This document shows positions 26,301-36,904 of a stretch of DNA of 64,000 nucleotides, piece by piece. Under the pieces are notes generated by a model, which worked only from the letters and a program-made list of their open reading frames with translations, searched no databases and was not told where the DNA came from. The translations under genes and the position numbers were made by a program. The DNA is taken from positions 10,467 to 74,466 of the forward strand of contig CAZZFT010000008.1 of NCBI GenBank assembly GCA_964653555.1, given 5' to 3'. This DNA comes from an uncultured Spirochaetales bacterium. Its GTDB lineage: Bacteria > Myxococcota_A > UBA9160 > SMWR01. How positions within the stretch are numbered: the first letter of the stretch is position 1; each line of letters starts with the position of its first letter.

Positions 26301-26728
26301 TGCCCGGCTTCTGGGCGCTCAAGGCATTCTCGGGCGGCGACGTGGGCGGCTTCGCGGATCCCACCTTCTTCACCGCGACGGCCATGATCGGCATGATCGC
26401 CCTCGCGGGCATCGCCGTGCGCAACGCCATCCTGCTGATCGAGTTCCTGCACGTGGGGCTGCGGCGGGGCGACGACCTGCGGGATGCGACGCTGCGCGCA
26501 GGGGCGGTGCGCACCCGTCCCATCCTGCTGACCGCCGGCACCGCGATGCTCGCCGCCGTTCCGATCACGCTCGACCCGATCTTCTCGGGCCTCGCGTGGG
26601 CGCTGATCTTCGGCCTGCTCGTCTCGACGGCCTTCACGCTGCTCGTCGTGCCGGCCGTCTACTACCGCGTCTACCGCGACCGCCCGGGGCACGGGCTGGG
26701 GTCCCCGGGCGCAGGGGAGGGCGCATGA
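23306..26728 (+). CDS. RND family efflux transporter permease (AcrB/AcrD/AcrF-like)
   Basis: 1140 aa, 12-TM pattern with two large periplasmic loops. LVVDDPIVDVENIHRH and AGIAVRNAILLIEF conserved blocks. Confidence 0.95.
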   Translation: MDAPETKGPPDPAPAERQPILARVVDVFLRGHLPVWLLGASLVAGAFALAATPREEEPQIVVPMADVYVSAPGLAVEEVERQIATRLEKLFLQIDGVEHVYSASYPGRAVVTVRFFVGEDREKSLLRLHDKLQSNTDRIPPGVQSWVVKPIEIDDVPILVATLWSERPDTVDDHALRRIAEELEIKLQAVPGTNRTEVVGGRPRAVRVELDPDALAGRRTSALDVAWALGVSNVRRPAGDFDRLDVHTPVEGGDFATDADALRRLVVNVVDGLPVRLGEVAQVVDGPAERESYTWIGFGPAEIEESARVTDGAFFPAVHVAVAKQRGTNAVVVARRVEARIRELAPVLLPAGVQVRITRNQGETADAKVNELLEGLLVAIVIVIGLIAYSLGWREGLVVAVAVPVTFALTLLLNLAAGYTINRVTLFALILSLGLVVDDPIVDVENIHRHLRMGREPPLEAVRRAVNEVRPPILLATLAVIVSFLPMTFITGMMGPYMRPMALNVPVAMAMSMVVAFTITPWLAYHALRRSVRARPEEETGSDDAAPLYRLYERVLGPFLDSARAARALFVATALLFAAAAGLVALRAVPLKMLPFDNKNEIQVLLDAPEGTTLERTDATVRSLAEVLRRAPEVRDFTVYTGVGSPMDFNGLVRHYYLRRAPELADIRVNLVPKRRRAMQSHELALRLRRELEAVADAAGSRIAIVEVPPGPPVLATLTGEISADPGVPYPEIRRAARALERRLREEPGVGDVDSTVGDPSQRLVFVTDQEKAALSGVAVADVAATLEVALAGSDATQLHVPGEVNPLPVRLRLPRAARSGVEPLLAIAVMGRPGVVKEVDDGGGVRDAPTPIVRLGELGRFEVRPVERPILHKDLRRVAWVYAEPVGRAPAEVAADLAADLFDGAPPVSAGPRTPRPLAFRTYLASGGGLPWSLPQGTHLSWTSEGELDITRDVFRDLGIAFAVALVGIYGILIYQTASYAMPLILMISIPLTLIGIMPGFWALKAFSGGDVGGFADPTFFTATAMIGMIALAGIAVRNAILLIEFLHVGLRRGDDLRDATLRAGAVRTRPILLTAGTAMLAAVPITLDPIFSGLAWALIFGLLVSTAFTLLVVPAVYYRVYRDRPGHGLGSPGAGEGA

Positions 26729-27831
26729 GTCCCGTCGCACGTCGCGTCGTGGAGGTGGGGATCGGCCTCGCCGTGCTGATCGCCGCCGTCAGCGCGCTCT
26801 CCGGCGGGTGCGGGGAGCGCGTGGAGCCGGGCGTGGTGGCGGTGCAGGGGATCGCGGCCGCGGGGCAGCCGGTCGCGGTGGAGGACGAGACGGAGACCGC
26901 GGTCGAGTGGGCGAGCGGTCAGGTGGCGTCCGCTCGCCAGACCGCGGTGGCCTCCCGGGTACTGGCGCGGATCGAGGACGTGCGGGTGCGCGCCGGATCG
27001 CCCGTGGCCGAGGGCGATGTGCTGGTCGTGCTCGACGCGCGCGACCTGGGGGCGCGGCTGGGGGAGACCGAGGAGGCGCTGCGCGCGGCTCAGGCCCGCC
27101 TCGAGCTCGCGCAAAGCGACTACGCCCGGGTCCAGGAGCTCTTCGGCAGTGGCGTCGTCCCCCAGCAGCGACTCGATCAGGCGAGCTCCGCGCTGCGCGC
27201 CGCGACGGCCGAGGTCGCGGCGCGGGCGGAGGCACGCGAGCAGGCCCGTGCCGGCCGCTCCTTCGCGGAGATCCGCTCGCCCGTCACCGGCCGCGTCGTC
27301 GATCGGCTCGCCGAGCCGGGCGACACCGCCGTGCCGGGCCAGCCCCTGATGCGCATCTACGATCCCAGCCTGCTGCGCGTGGAGGTGCCCGTACGCGAGT
27401 CGCTGGCGGTCGCGCTCGCCGTGGGCGACGTGCTGCGCGTGGAGGTGCCGGCGCTCGACGAGACGCTCGAAGGGCCGATCGACGAGCTGGTGCCCTTCGC
27501 CGAGCCCGGCGCGCGAACGCTGCTGGTGAAGGTGCGGCTGCCTCGCACCGACGGGCGCCTGTTCGCGGGCATGTTCGCCCGCGTGGCGATTCCGGCCGGC
27601 GTCCGTCGGCGGATCGTCGTCCCCGAGCGGGCGGTCCAACGGGTGGGCCAGCTCGAGTCGGTCCTCGTGGTTTCGGAGAGCGGCGAGGTGGAGCGCCGGA
27701 TGGTGACGACGGGGCAGCGGGCCGGAGCCGCCCGGGTGGAGGTTCTGAGCGGCCTGACGCCGGGTGAGCGCGTGCTCGTCGCGGACGCGGAGCCGCCCGC
27801 GGAGGGCGGCGGGGAAGGGAGCCGACCATGA
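26725..27831 (+). CDS. Efflux RND periplasmic adaptor (membrane fusion protein, HlyD family)
   Basis: ATG 26725 overlaps the RND stop (ATGA). Lipoprotein-like LSGGCG, coiled-coil hairpin, IRSPVTGRVV lipoyl-like motif, beta-barrel C-terminus. Confidence 0.9.
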   Translation: MSPVARRVVEVGIGLAVLIAAVSALSGGCGERVEPGVVAVQGIAAAGQPVAVEDETETAVEWASGQVASARQTAVASRVLARIEDVRVRAGSPVAEGDVLVVLDARDLGARLGETEEALRAAQARLELAQSDYARVQELFGSGVVPQQRLDQASSALRAATAEVAARAEAREQARAGRSFAEIRSPVTGRVVDRLAEPGDTAVPGQPLMRIYDPSLLRVEVPVRESLAVALAVGDVLRVEVPALDETLEGPIDELVPFAEPGARTLLVKVRLPRTDGRLFAGMFARVAIPAGVRRRIVVPERAVQRVGQLESVLVVSESGEVERRMVTTGQRAGAARVEVLSGLTPGERVLVADAEPPAEGGGEGSRP

Positions 27832-28256
27832 TCCGCACTTGTCCCGGCTGCGGCCGCAAGAACCGGGTTCCCCCCGAAAAGCTCGCGAGCGAGGGGCGCT
27901 GCGGAGCGTGTCACGCGCCGCTCCCGCCGCTCGCCGAGCCCCTCGACGTGGGGCCCGCCGAGCTGGAGGCGATCGCGCAGGCCGCGCCGGTGCCGATCCT
28001 CATCGACTTCTGGGCCGAGTGGTGCGGACCGTGTCGCGCGGCGGCGCCCGAGGTGCGTCGCGCGGCCGCGGAGATGAGCGGGAGGGCGCTGGTGCTGAAG
28101 GTCGACACCGAGTCCCACCCCGCGCTCGCCCAGCGCTTCGGGGTGCGCGGCATCCCCCACTTCGTCGTGATGCGCAGCGGCGAGACCGTCGATCAGCAGT
28201 CGGGCCTGGTGGACCACCGGGAGCTGCGCAGACGCCTGGAACAGGCCGGGGCCTGA
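27828..28256 (+). CDS. trxC: Thioredoxin 2 (N-terminal zinc finger + thioredoxin fold)
   Basis: ATG overlaps the MFP stop (ATGA). CPGCGRKNRV...CGACH zinc finger, then FWAEWCGPCR active site. Confidence 0.9.
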   Translation: MIRTCPGCGRKNRVPPEKLASEGRCGACHAPLPPLAEPLDVGPAELEAIAQAAPVPILIDFWAEWCGPCRAAAPEVRRAAAEMSGRALVLKVDTESHPALAQRFGVRGIPHFVVMRSGETVDQQSGLVDHRELRRRLEQAGA

Positions 28257-28268
28257 GGGCCCTCGCGC

Positions 28269-29777
28269 TCAGCGACGCTCGATCGCCGCGGTGTTCACGA
28301 CCAGGTCGCCCGATTCCCGCAGCGCCGCCTCGCGTGCGTCGAGCCAGGACTGGGTGCGCAGGTTGCGCTTCGCCTCGAGCAGCTCTTCGCGCTTGGCTTC
28401 CACGCGCTCGTCGATCTGCTCCTCGGTCGGCTCGCTGCGCTCGACCACCTGGACGAGCGCGAACCGGTCTCCCACTTCGAAGACCTCGGGCGAGCTCTCG
28501 CCCGGCTCGAGCGCGAAGGCCGCCGCCAGCAGCTCGGGAGCGGCGCCGAGCCCCGGCACGAAGCCATTGGGCGAGCGCCGAACGCCGAAGTCGGACGACA
28601 CCTCGAGACCCTGGGCCGCCCCCGCCTCCTTCAGCGACTGGCCGCCACGGATCGCCGCGGCGAGCCGATCCGCCTCGGCGCGCGCGCGGTCGCGCAGCGC
28701 TTCCTCGCGCAGCAGGTCTGCCGCGATCTGCTCGCGCACCTCCTCGAGCGGGCGCGACACCGCCTCCTCCCGCTCCTCGACCCGGATCAGGTGGAAGCCG
28801 AAGTCGGTGCGCACGGGCTCGCTGATCTCGCCGGGCTGGAGCGCGAAGGCCGCCCGCTCGAAGTCGGGCACCATCTGGCCGCGCGCGAAGAACCCCAGAT
28901 CACCGCCGTTCGCCTGGGAGCCCGGGTCCTGGGAGACCTCCCGGGCCACGTCCTCGAAGGCCTCCCCGGCGGCGATGCGCGCGGCCGCGGCCTCGATGTC
29001 CGCCTTCGCCTGGGCCACCTCCTCCGGGGACGCGTCGCGCGACACCGAGCGCAGGATGTGCCGTGCGCGCACCCGCTCGGGCCGGTTGAACTCCGCGTTT
29101 CGCTCGTGGTAGCGCTGGGCGACCTGGTCCGGACGCGTGGTGAGGACCTCCTGGATCGCCTCCTCTCCGATCTCCGGCGCCTCTCCGTCGCTGTCGATGC
29201 CGACCTCGACGGTGGCGATCCGCACCTCCTCCAGCTCGCGCCGCACCACCTCGCGCGCCTCACCGGGAGAGACCTCGGGCTGGCTGGAGAGCAGGGACAC
29301 CATCTTCGCCGCCAGCAGGGCCAGGCGGCGATCTTCCATGAAGGCGCGCTGGCTGCCGTAGTTGTACTCGGCGAAGGCCTCGAAGCGCTCGCGGTCGAAG
29401 CGGCCCCCCTCGTCCCGGAAGCCCGGCTCCGAGAGCACGAGCTGCTCGATCTCGCGCTTGGTCACCTGGAGGCCCATCTCCTCGGCGGCCGAAGCCAGGA
29501 GCCCCTCCTGCACCAGCTCTCGCGTGGCGACGTCGTCGAGAGCGTCGCGGAGCGCGCGGGCGTCGAACTGGTCCCCCAGCTGATCCTGGAGCATCGCCTC
29601 GCGCCGGGCCCGCACGCGCTCGAACTCCTGGGTCCCGAACTGGTAGGGACCCACGCGCACCACGTCTCGCGAGGTGGAGAAGCTCATCGGGCCCTGGAGA
29701 CCCAGGAACACCACGAATACCCCGCCCACCCCGATCACGATCAGCGCTGTGAGCCAGCGACGACCTCCGCGCAGCAT
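28269..29777 (-). CDS. PpiD-like periplasmic chaperone / parvulin-type peptidyl-prolyl isomerase
   Basis: Inner ATG 29777 (MLRGGRRWLTALIVIGVGGVFVVFLG, TM anchor). Parvulin core RARHIL...GGDLGFFARGQMVPDFE...FGFHLIRV. Confidence 0.85.
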   Translation of the reverse strand: MLRGGRRWLTALIVIGVGGVFVVFLGLQGPMSFSTSRDVVRVGPYQFGTQEFERVRARREAMLQDQLGDQFDARALRDALDDVATRELVQEGLLASAAEEMGLQVTKREIEQLVLSEPGFRDEGGRFDRERFEAFAEYNYGSQRAFMEDRRLALLAAKMVSLLSSQPEVSPGEAREVVRRELEEVRIATVEVGIDSDGEAPEIGEEAIQEVLTTRPDQVAQRYHERNAEFNRPERVRARHILRSVSRDASPEEVAQAKADIEAAAARIAAGEAFEDVAREVSQDPGSQANGGDLGFFARGQMVPDFERAAFALQPGEISEPVRTDFGFHLIRVEEREEAVSRPLEEVREQIAADLLREEALRDRARAEADRLAAAIRGGQSLKEAGAAQGLEVSSDFGVRRSPNGFVPGLGAAPELLAAAFALEPGESSPEVFEVGDRFALVQVVERSEPTEEQIDERVEAKREELLEAKRNLRTQSWLDAREAALRESGDLVVNTAAIERR

Positions 29778-29909
29778 TCGCAGCAAATCGGTCCCTCCCG
29801 GCTCATCTCCGGGCGCGCTTCGGTCGAAGAAGTGCCCGGAGGGAAGGCGGGAGACTACGAAGAGGCGGTCGCCCGAGCAACCGGACGCCGGTCTTCGCGC
29901 GCGCATCGC

Positions 29910-31110
<1,201 letters not shown>

Positions 31111-31131
31111 CGCCGGTCCGGCGCAGGTGTC

Positions 31132-32034
31132 ATGACCGAGATCCGAAGTCGGGTGTTGCTCGCCGGCCTTACGGCCGTGTTGATCGGGATCGCCCTGATC
31201 AACATGGTCGTCGATCGCCGGGCGCTCCAGGAGGGCGGCCGCGAGCTGTCCTGGTGGAGCGGGCTGGTGCTCGACGTGGCCGTTCCACTCCAGAAGGCGA
31301 TCGCCATGCCCCTGACGATGGCGCGCGACGGCTGGGGCGAGTACGTGGCCCTGGTCGGGGTGCGCCGCGAGAACGGGGATCTGCGCGACGAGCTGGCGGT
31401 CGCCAGGGACGAGAACCTCCAGCTGCGCGAGGCGCTCGTGGCCAGCGGTCGGCTCGAGCGGATCGCCGCGATGCGCGAGGGCTTCGACATTCCGATGCTG
31501 CCGGCCGAGCTGGTCGGGCTCGACGCCTCGAGCTGGTTCCGCTCGGTGCTGCTCGATCGCGGCCGCCACCACGGCGTGCACGCGGGCATGCCGCTCGTCT
31601 GCGAAGACGGCCTCGTGGGCCTGGTGACCGCGACCTCGCGCAAGGCCGCTCGCGGCATGCTGCTGCTCGACCGGCAGAGCGCAGTGGGCGCGATGGTGCA
31701 GCGCAGCCGTACGCGCGGCATCGTCCGCGGGACCGGGGACGGGCTCGTGTTCGAGTTCGAAGGCCGCGAGACCGACGTCGCCCCCGGCGACCTCCTGATC
31801 ACCTCGGGCCTGGGCGGCGTCTTTCCGAAGGGACTGCGGATCGGGGCGATCACGACCGTCCAGGAGGGGGGCACGCCGCTGATGCGCGAGGCCCGGGTGG
31901 AGCCCGCCGTGGACTTCGGTCGCCTCGAGCAGGTGTTCGTGATGCTGCGGCGCGGCGCCACCATGGATCTGCTCTACGCCACCGAGGGCGGAGACCTGAA
32001 CGAGGAGGACCTCGCGCCCGGGGACGACTCGTGA
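31132..32034 (+). CDS. mreC: Rod shape-determining protein MreC
   Basis: TM anchor, coiled coil (ENGDLRDELAVARDENLQLRE), beta-barrel domain ...GLVGLVT...ITSGLGGVFPKGLRIG. Confidence 0.9.
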   Translation: MTEIRSRVLLAGLTAVLIGIALINMVVDRRALQEGGRELSWWSGLVLDVAVPLQKAIAMPLTMARDGWGEYVALVGVRRENGDLRDELAVARDENLQLREALVASGRLERIAAMREGFDIPMLPAELVGLDASSWFRSVLLDRGRHHGVHAGMPLVCEDGLVGLVTATSRKAARGMLLLDRQSAVGAMVQRSRTRGIVRGTGDGLVFEFEGRETDVAPGDLLITSGLGGVFPKGLRIGAITTVQEGGTPLMREARVEPAVDFGRLEQVFVMLRRGATMDLLYATEGGDLNEEDLAPGDDS

Positions 32035-32570
32035 AACGCATCGTCGGGGTCGTGAGCCTGGTGCTGCTCGCGCCGATCCTGCAGGGTGCCCTCGCGCCCT
32101 ACCTGCCGACGGCCTTCCGGCCCGACCTCACCCTGCTGGTCGTGCTGGGGATCGCGCTCTACTGGCGCAACACGGGCACGGGCCTGGTGTTCGCGACGCT
32201 GTGCGGCTTCGTGGTGGATCTGCTGTCGGGCGGGCTGCTCGGCCAGCACGCGCTGCTCTCGGTGCTGGTGTTCGCCGGCTCGCGGGCCCTCTCGGTCCAG
32301 GTCAACCTGGTCGGCGCCTTCCCCCGGATGCTGTTCGTCGTCGCCCTCACCGCGGTGCACGCGTTCGTCGTCGCCGGTCTCACCGCCTTCTTCACGCCCG
32401 ACGCCGGCTTCGGCGTGCCGCCCCTGCACACCCTGGGGCCGCTCCTGTTCGCCAATGCGGTCGTCTCGCCCGCGGTGATCGCGGCAGTGGCGGTGTGCGT
32501 CGCCTGGATCGGCGGGGACGAGACCCCCCGCCGCCTGCTTCGCCTCCAGACGCGGAGCTGGGTCTCTTGA
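32031..32570 (+). CDS. mreD: Rod shape-determining protein MreD
   Basis: GTG overlaps the mreC stop (GTGA). Polytopic hydrophobic ~179 aa protein at the canonical position. Confidence 0.8.
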   Translation: MKRIVGVVSLVLLAPILQGALAPYLPTAFRPDLTLLVVLGIALYWRNTGTGLVFATLCGFVVDLLSGGLLGQHALLSVLVFAGSRALSVQVNLVGAFPRMLFVVALTAVHAFVVAGLTAFFTPDAGFGVPPLHTLGPLLFANAVVSPAVIAAVAVCVAWIGGDETPRRLLRLQTRSWVS

Positions 32571-34477
32571 TCGGCCCCGACCAGCGGCTCGGGGGCGGGG
32601 AGTCGCTCATCCACGGCCGGATCCCCTGGATCGCGGCCTTCATCCTGCTGGTCTTCGCGGTCTTCTTCGCGCGCCTGTTCCAGCTCCAGGTGATCCAGAC
32701 CGACGACCTGCGCTTGCGCTCGGTGCGCAATTCGGTGCGGACGTTGCCGATCGAGGCGCCGCGCGGCGACATCCTCGACCGCGACGGTCGGATCCTCGCC
32801 ACGACGCGCCCCGCTTTCGGCGTCCAGCTGATCCCCAATGACGTGCGCCATCCCGAGACGGTGCTGCCGGTGCTGGCGCAGCTCCTCGACCGCGATCCGG
32901 ACCAGCTGCGGGAGGAGATCGGCACCCCGCACGGCCGGTTGCGCTTCCAGCCGATCCGGCTCGCCGGCGATCTCTCCTTCGACAGCCTGACCCGGGTCGA
33001 GTCGCACCTCTACGCCCTCTCCGGGGTGGTCACCGATGTGCGTCCCCGGCGTCACTACGTCGGCGGCGAGCTGGCCTCCCACGTGCTCGGCTTCATCGGG
33101 GAGGTCTCCGGCTCCCAGCTGTCCTCGTCCCGCTACGCCGACTACCGGCAGGGCGACGTGATCGGACAGGCCGGGGTGGAGCAGCTCGAGGAGGAGGCGC
33201 TGCGCGGCCTGGCCGGCGGGCGCAACCAGATCGTCGACGTCGCCGGTCGGGTCGTCGGGGTGATCGACGAGATCGCGCCGGTGCGGGGCGGCAGCGTGCA
33301 GCTGACCCTGGACCTCGACCTCCAGCAGGCCGCCGAGGACGCGTTCCTGCCCGACGTGCTCGGCGAGCGGACCCGGATCGGGGCGGCGGTGGCGCTCGAC
33401 GTCCACACGGGCGACGTCCTGGCGCTGGTGTCGAAGCCGTCCTTCGATCCCAACTCCTTCGCGGGCGGAATCGACGCCGAGACCTGGAAGCAGCTCACCA
33501 CGGACCGCTGGAAGCCGATCCAGAACCGTGCGATCTCGGGTCAGTACCCGCCCGGCTCGACCTACAAGGCGCTGGTCGCGGCGGCGGGACTCGCGGACGG
33601 CGTGATCGATCCGGAGCGCCGCATCTTCTGTCCCGGCTACACGCGCGTAAACGGCCGCACCTATCGCTGCTGGAAGCGGGGCGGTCACGGCTCGGTGGAC
33701 TTGCACAAGGCCCTGGTCGAGTCGTGCGACGTGTACTTCTACGAGGTGGGAAAGGAGCTCGGCGTCGACCGGCTGGCGTTCTTCGCCAACGGGTTCAACC
33801 TCGGGCGGCTCACCGGGATCCGGCTGCCCCAGGAGATGCCCGGGCTGGTGCCGACGCGCGCCTGGAAGGAGCGCCGCTTCCACGAGCCCTGGGTGCCCGG
33901 CGAGACGATCTCCGCCTCGATCGGCCAGGGCTTCAACCTGACCACGCCGCTGCAGCTGGCCGTCGCCTACGGGGCGATCGCCAACGGGGGGACGCTGATG
34001 CGCCCGCGGCTGCTTCTGCGCGTGGCCGACTCCGAGGGCCGTCTCGTCGACGGCCCGCCGCCCGAGGTGCTGGGGACCGTGCCCGTGTCGCGCGAGCACC
34101 TGGCTCTGGTGCGCTCTGCTCTCGAAGGGGTCGTGAACGAACTGCACGGCACCGGCGCGCGCGCACGGGTGCCGGGGGTCCGCGTCGCGGGGAAGACCGG
34201 CACCGCCCAGGTGGTGGGCCTGAAGCACACCGAGGGGCTCGACGAGGACGAGATCGCCTTCGAGCACCGCGACCACGCCTGGTTCGTCGGCTTCGCGCCC
34301 GCGAACGCGCCCGAGATCGTGGTGGCCGCGGTCGTCGAGCACGGGGGCCACGGCGGCTCGGCCGCGGGGCCGATCGTGCAGAAGGTGCTGGCCCGCTACT
34401 TCGAGAAGCGCGCCGTGCAGCAGGTACCCTCCCAGGTGGCCATGCGCGACTTCGAGGTCGATCTTGCTGCGCATTGA
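32567..34477 (+). CDS. mrdA: Penicillin-binding protein 2 (elongasome transpeptidase)
   Basis: TTG 32567 overlaps the mreD stop (TTGA). RGDILDRDG, PPGSTYK (SxxK), KTGTAQV (KTG). Confidence 0.92.
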   Translation: MIGPDQRLGGGESLIHGRIPWIAAFILLVFAVFFARLFQLQVIQTDDLRLRSVRNSVRTLPIEAPRGDILDRDGRILATTRPAFGVQLIPNDVRHPETVLPVLAQLLDRDPDQLREEIGTPHGRLRFQPIRLAGDLSFDSLTRVESHLYALSGVVTDVRPRRHYVGGELASHVLGFIGEVSGSQLSSSRYADYRQGDVIGQAGVEQLEEEALRGLAGGRNQIVDVAGRVVGVIDEIAPVRGGSVQLTLDLDLQQAAEDAFLPDVLGERTRIGAAVALDVHTGDVLALVSKPSFDPNSFAGGIDAETWKQLTTDRWKPIQNRAISGQYPPGSTYKALVAAAGLADGVIDPERRIFCPGYTRVNGRTYRCWKRGGHGSVDLHKALVESCDVYFYEVGKELGVDRLAFFANGFNLGRLTGIRLPQEMPGLVPTRAWKERRFHEPWVPGETISASIGQGFNLTTPLQLAVAYGAIANGGTLMRPRLLLRVADSEGRLVDGPPPEVLGTVPVSREHLALVRSALEGVVNELHGTGARARVPGVRVAGKTGTAQVVGLKHTEGLDEDEIAFEHRDHAWFVGFAPANAPEIVVAAVVEHGGHGGSAAGPIVQKVLARYFEKRAVQQVPSQVAMRDFEVDLAAH

Positions 34478-35561
34478 CCGGCGCTCGATCCAGAACTTCG
34501 ACTGGACGCTGCTCGCGCTGATCACGGCGCTGCTCGCCGCGGGTCTCGTGAATCTCTACTCCGCCACCGGATCCAACGACGGATTCTCGGGCGAGATGCG
34601 CCGGCAGCTGATGTCGCTCGCCCTCGGCGGCGCCCTGGCGTTCTTCTTCGCGGTCGTCGACTACCGCCACTTCGAGCGCTTCGCGCTGCCCGCCTTCTGC
34701 GTCGCCCTGAGTCTGATCGCGATCACCCTGATCGTCGCGCCGCTCACCCGTGGCTCCCAGAGCTGGCTCTTCGGCGGGCGGGTGCAGCCCGCGGAGCTGG
34801 CCAAGGTGGCGCTCGTCCTCACGCTCGCCCGCTACTTCCAACGCCACCCGCCCGGGGAGACGACCCGCCTGCGCGATCTGCTGTGGCCCGGAGCGATCGT
34901 GGCGCTCCCGGTCGGCCTGATCGTGGCCCAGCGGGACATGGGCGTGGCGCTGCTCACCCTGCTGATCGGCGCCACCTATCTCTTCCTGGTGCGCATCCCG
35001 TTCCGGGCCTGGCTCGGGGTGGCGGTGCTCGCCGTCGCCGCGCTGGCGGCGCTGTGGACCTTCGCGCTCGCTCCCTACCAGAAGGAGCGCATCCTCGCCG
35101 TCGTCGACCCGGGGCGCGACCCGCTCGCCTCGGGCTACCAGGTCACCCAGTCGCGCATCGCGATCGGCTCGGGCGGCCTGCTGGGCACCGGCTATCGGGA
35201 CGGCACCCAGAACCAGCTGCGCTTCCTTCCCACCCGCCACACCGACTTCGCGTTCTCGGTGCTGGCCGAGGAGTGGGGCTTCGTGGGCAGCTGTGTGACG
35301 CTGGGCCTGTACGCGACGCTCCTGGTCTGGGGGCTGGTCGTGGCGCGCAGCTCGAAGGACGAGTTCGGGGCCCTGCTGGCGATCGGCGTGGTGGGGTGCC
35401 TGTTCTGGCCTGCGGTCCTGAACGTGGCGATGGTGCTCGGCCTCGCCCCGGTGATCGGGGTCCCGCTGCCGATGTTCTCCTACGGCGGCTCGGCCCTGGT
35501 CGTGACGATGGCTCTGCTCGGCCTGCTGATGAACGTCTCGATGCGGCGCTACGTCTTCTAG
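34464..35561 (+). CDS. rodA: Peptidoglycan glycosyltransferase RodA (SEDS family)
   Basis: TTG 34464, 14-nt overlap with mrdA. NFDWTLL..., QPAELAK, TDFAFSVLAEEWGF, PLPMFSYGGSA. Confidence 0.93.
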   Translation: MLRIDRRSIQNFDWTLLALITALLAAGLVNLYSATGSNDGFSGEMRRQLMSLALGGALAFFFAVVDYRHFERFALPAFCVALSLIAITLIVAPLTRGSQSWLFGGRVQPAELAKVALVLTLARYFQRHPPGETTRLRDLLWPGAIVALPVGLIVAQRDMGVALLTLLIGATYLFLVRIPFRAWLGVAVLAVAALAALWTFALAPYQKERILAVVDPGRDPLASGYQVTQSRIAIGSGGLLGTGYRDGTQNQLRFLPTRHTDFAFSVLAEEWGFVGSCVTLGLYATLLVWGLVVARSSKDEFGALLAIGVVGCLFWPAVLNVAMVLGLAPVIGVPLPMFSYGGSALVVTMALLGLLMNVSMRRYVF

Positions 35562-36801
35562 GACGCCCAGCGACGCGCTGCGTGACGGCGACGCGCTTCG
35601 ATGTCGGCGCTTCGCTCGGCTGGAGTGACGCGCGGCGTGTCTTCGGGCAGGCGATCGCGGAGCTCGGAGACCTTCACGAGCGTCGCGGTGGGAACCGGGT
35701 TCTTCTCCGCGGCGAGCTTATAGCGGTAGATGATCACCCCCTCCGGATGCCCGGCCGGGTCGAGCCAGTTCGGGACGCCGGGATCTGCCAGTGCGATCAC
35801 CAGGCGGTAGGTCCATCGCTGCTGCGGACGGCCTGATGCCCGTTGAGGCTCGACGTGTGGTTCACGTAGTCGAGCGACTCCCACCAGAAGTTCCCGAGCT
35901 CGAAGCTCCACAAGTGGGCGTCGGGCTCGTCGAGCTCGATCAACAGCGCCTCGTCCCGGGCGAGCTGGAACCAGCCGCTGCCGTAGGCGTTCTCCTGGAT
36001 CCCCTCGCCCGGCGCGACGGCCGGCGGTCCCAGCCGATTCACCAGTTGTTCGCGGACCTGCTGGGACGGGGCGAACCAGCGCGGCACGTACGCCGCGAAC
36101 CCCTCGGCGATCTCCGCGAGACGAGCGTCCATCTCGGCCGGGGTCGGAGGCGCGGCGGGGCCCGGGTCGTCCAGGCGTTCGATCGCGAGCTCCGAGGGCC
36201 GCTCCGCATCCCAGCCGTAGAAGTTCTCGCGGACGATCAGCTCGCGGGCCCGCGGGTCGAGACGCAGCCAGGCGCCCTCCCACTCTTCGGGGCGCTCGCG
36301 GCTCACCACCACCTCGAACGCCCCGCCCTCCGTCCCGCGCATCGCGTCCAGGCTCAGCGAGTCGTAGGCCGCGAACGCGGGGCGGCTCGAGATGAGCTGG
36401 ATCGCGATGTGATGGGCGGTCCCGAGCGTCCCGAACAGGCGGTAGCTCCCGTCGCTGCGCAGCCGAGCGACCGTGTACTTGGCGTCGGCGCTGTCCATCC
36501 CGAACTTGCGCAGCTTGTGCGAGTACAGGGTGATGAGGGGTGGCGCGCTGGCTGCATCGAGCACCTCGTCGATCGTCACTGCGAGCCGCTGGAGCAGGTA
36601 GCGGTAGCCTTCCGCGCGGTCGACGGGCGAGTTGGGGAGGTCCGCGCGGAGCACCTCCTTCCCCACCTCCCCCAGGCGCTCGCAGAATGCCTCCCGCGAC
36701 GCCCCGGTCATCAGGCGCTCCTCGGCGGTCTCCGCGTGGGACGCGCTGGTGGGCGACACTCCCGCTAGCGCGGCGAGCACGGCGATCCGGCTTCGAATCA
36801 T
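35558..36801 (-). pseudogene. Exported hypothetical protein gene interrupted by an apparent 1-nt frameshift near 35800-35815
   Basis: ATG 36801 (GGAGG SD, signal peptide MIRSRIAVLAALAGVSPTSASHA). The frame ends ...SLNGHQAVRSSDGPTAW* at 35797. A second frame continues with ...WTYRLVIALADPGVPNWLDPAGHPEGVIIYRYK... to 35558. Joining gives SSDG-TYRLVI. Confidence 0.6.
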
Positions 36802-36904
36802 GACGGGCCTCCTTGGCGCGGCGTCGACGAGACGGGGCGACTCGCTTGACGCACCGCAGAGCCTGTCGTAGCACCCTCGCCGGATCTCCGTCGGAGGGTC
36901 GAAG

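Noticed and set aside
23972-26740. 922-aa minus-strand ORF antisense to the RND permease; also plus-strand 23410..27831 (1473 aa)
   Set aside because: In the 1473-aa ORF only the last 368 codons (the adaptor protein) are credible. The antisense ORF is compositional noise.
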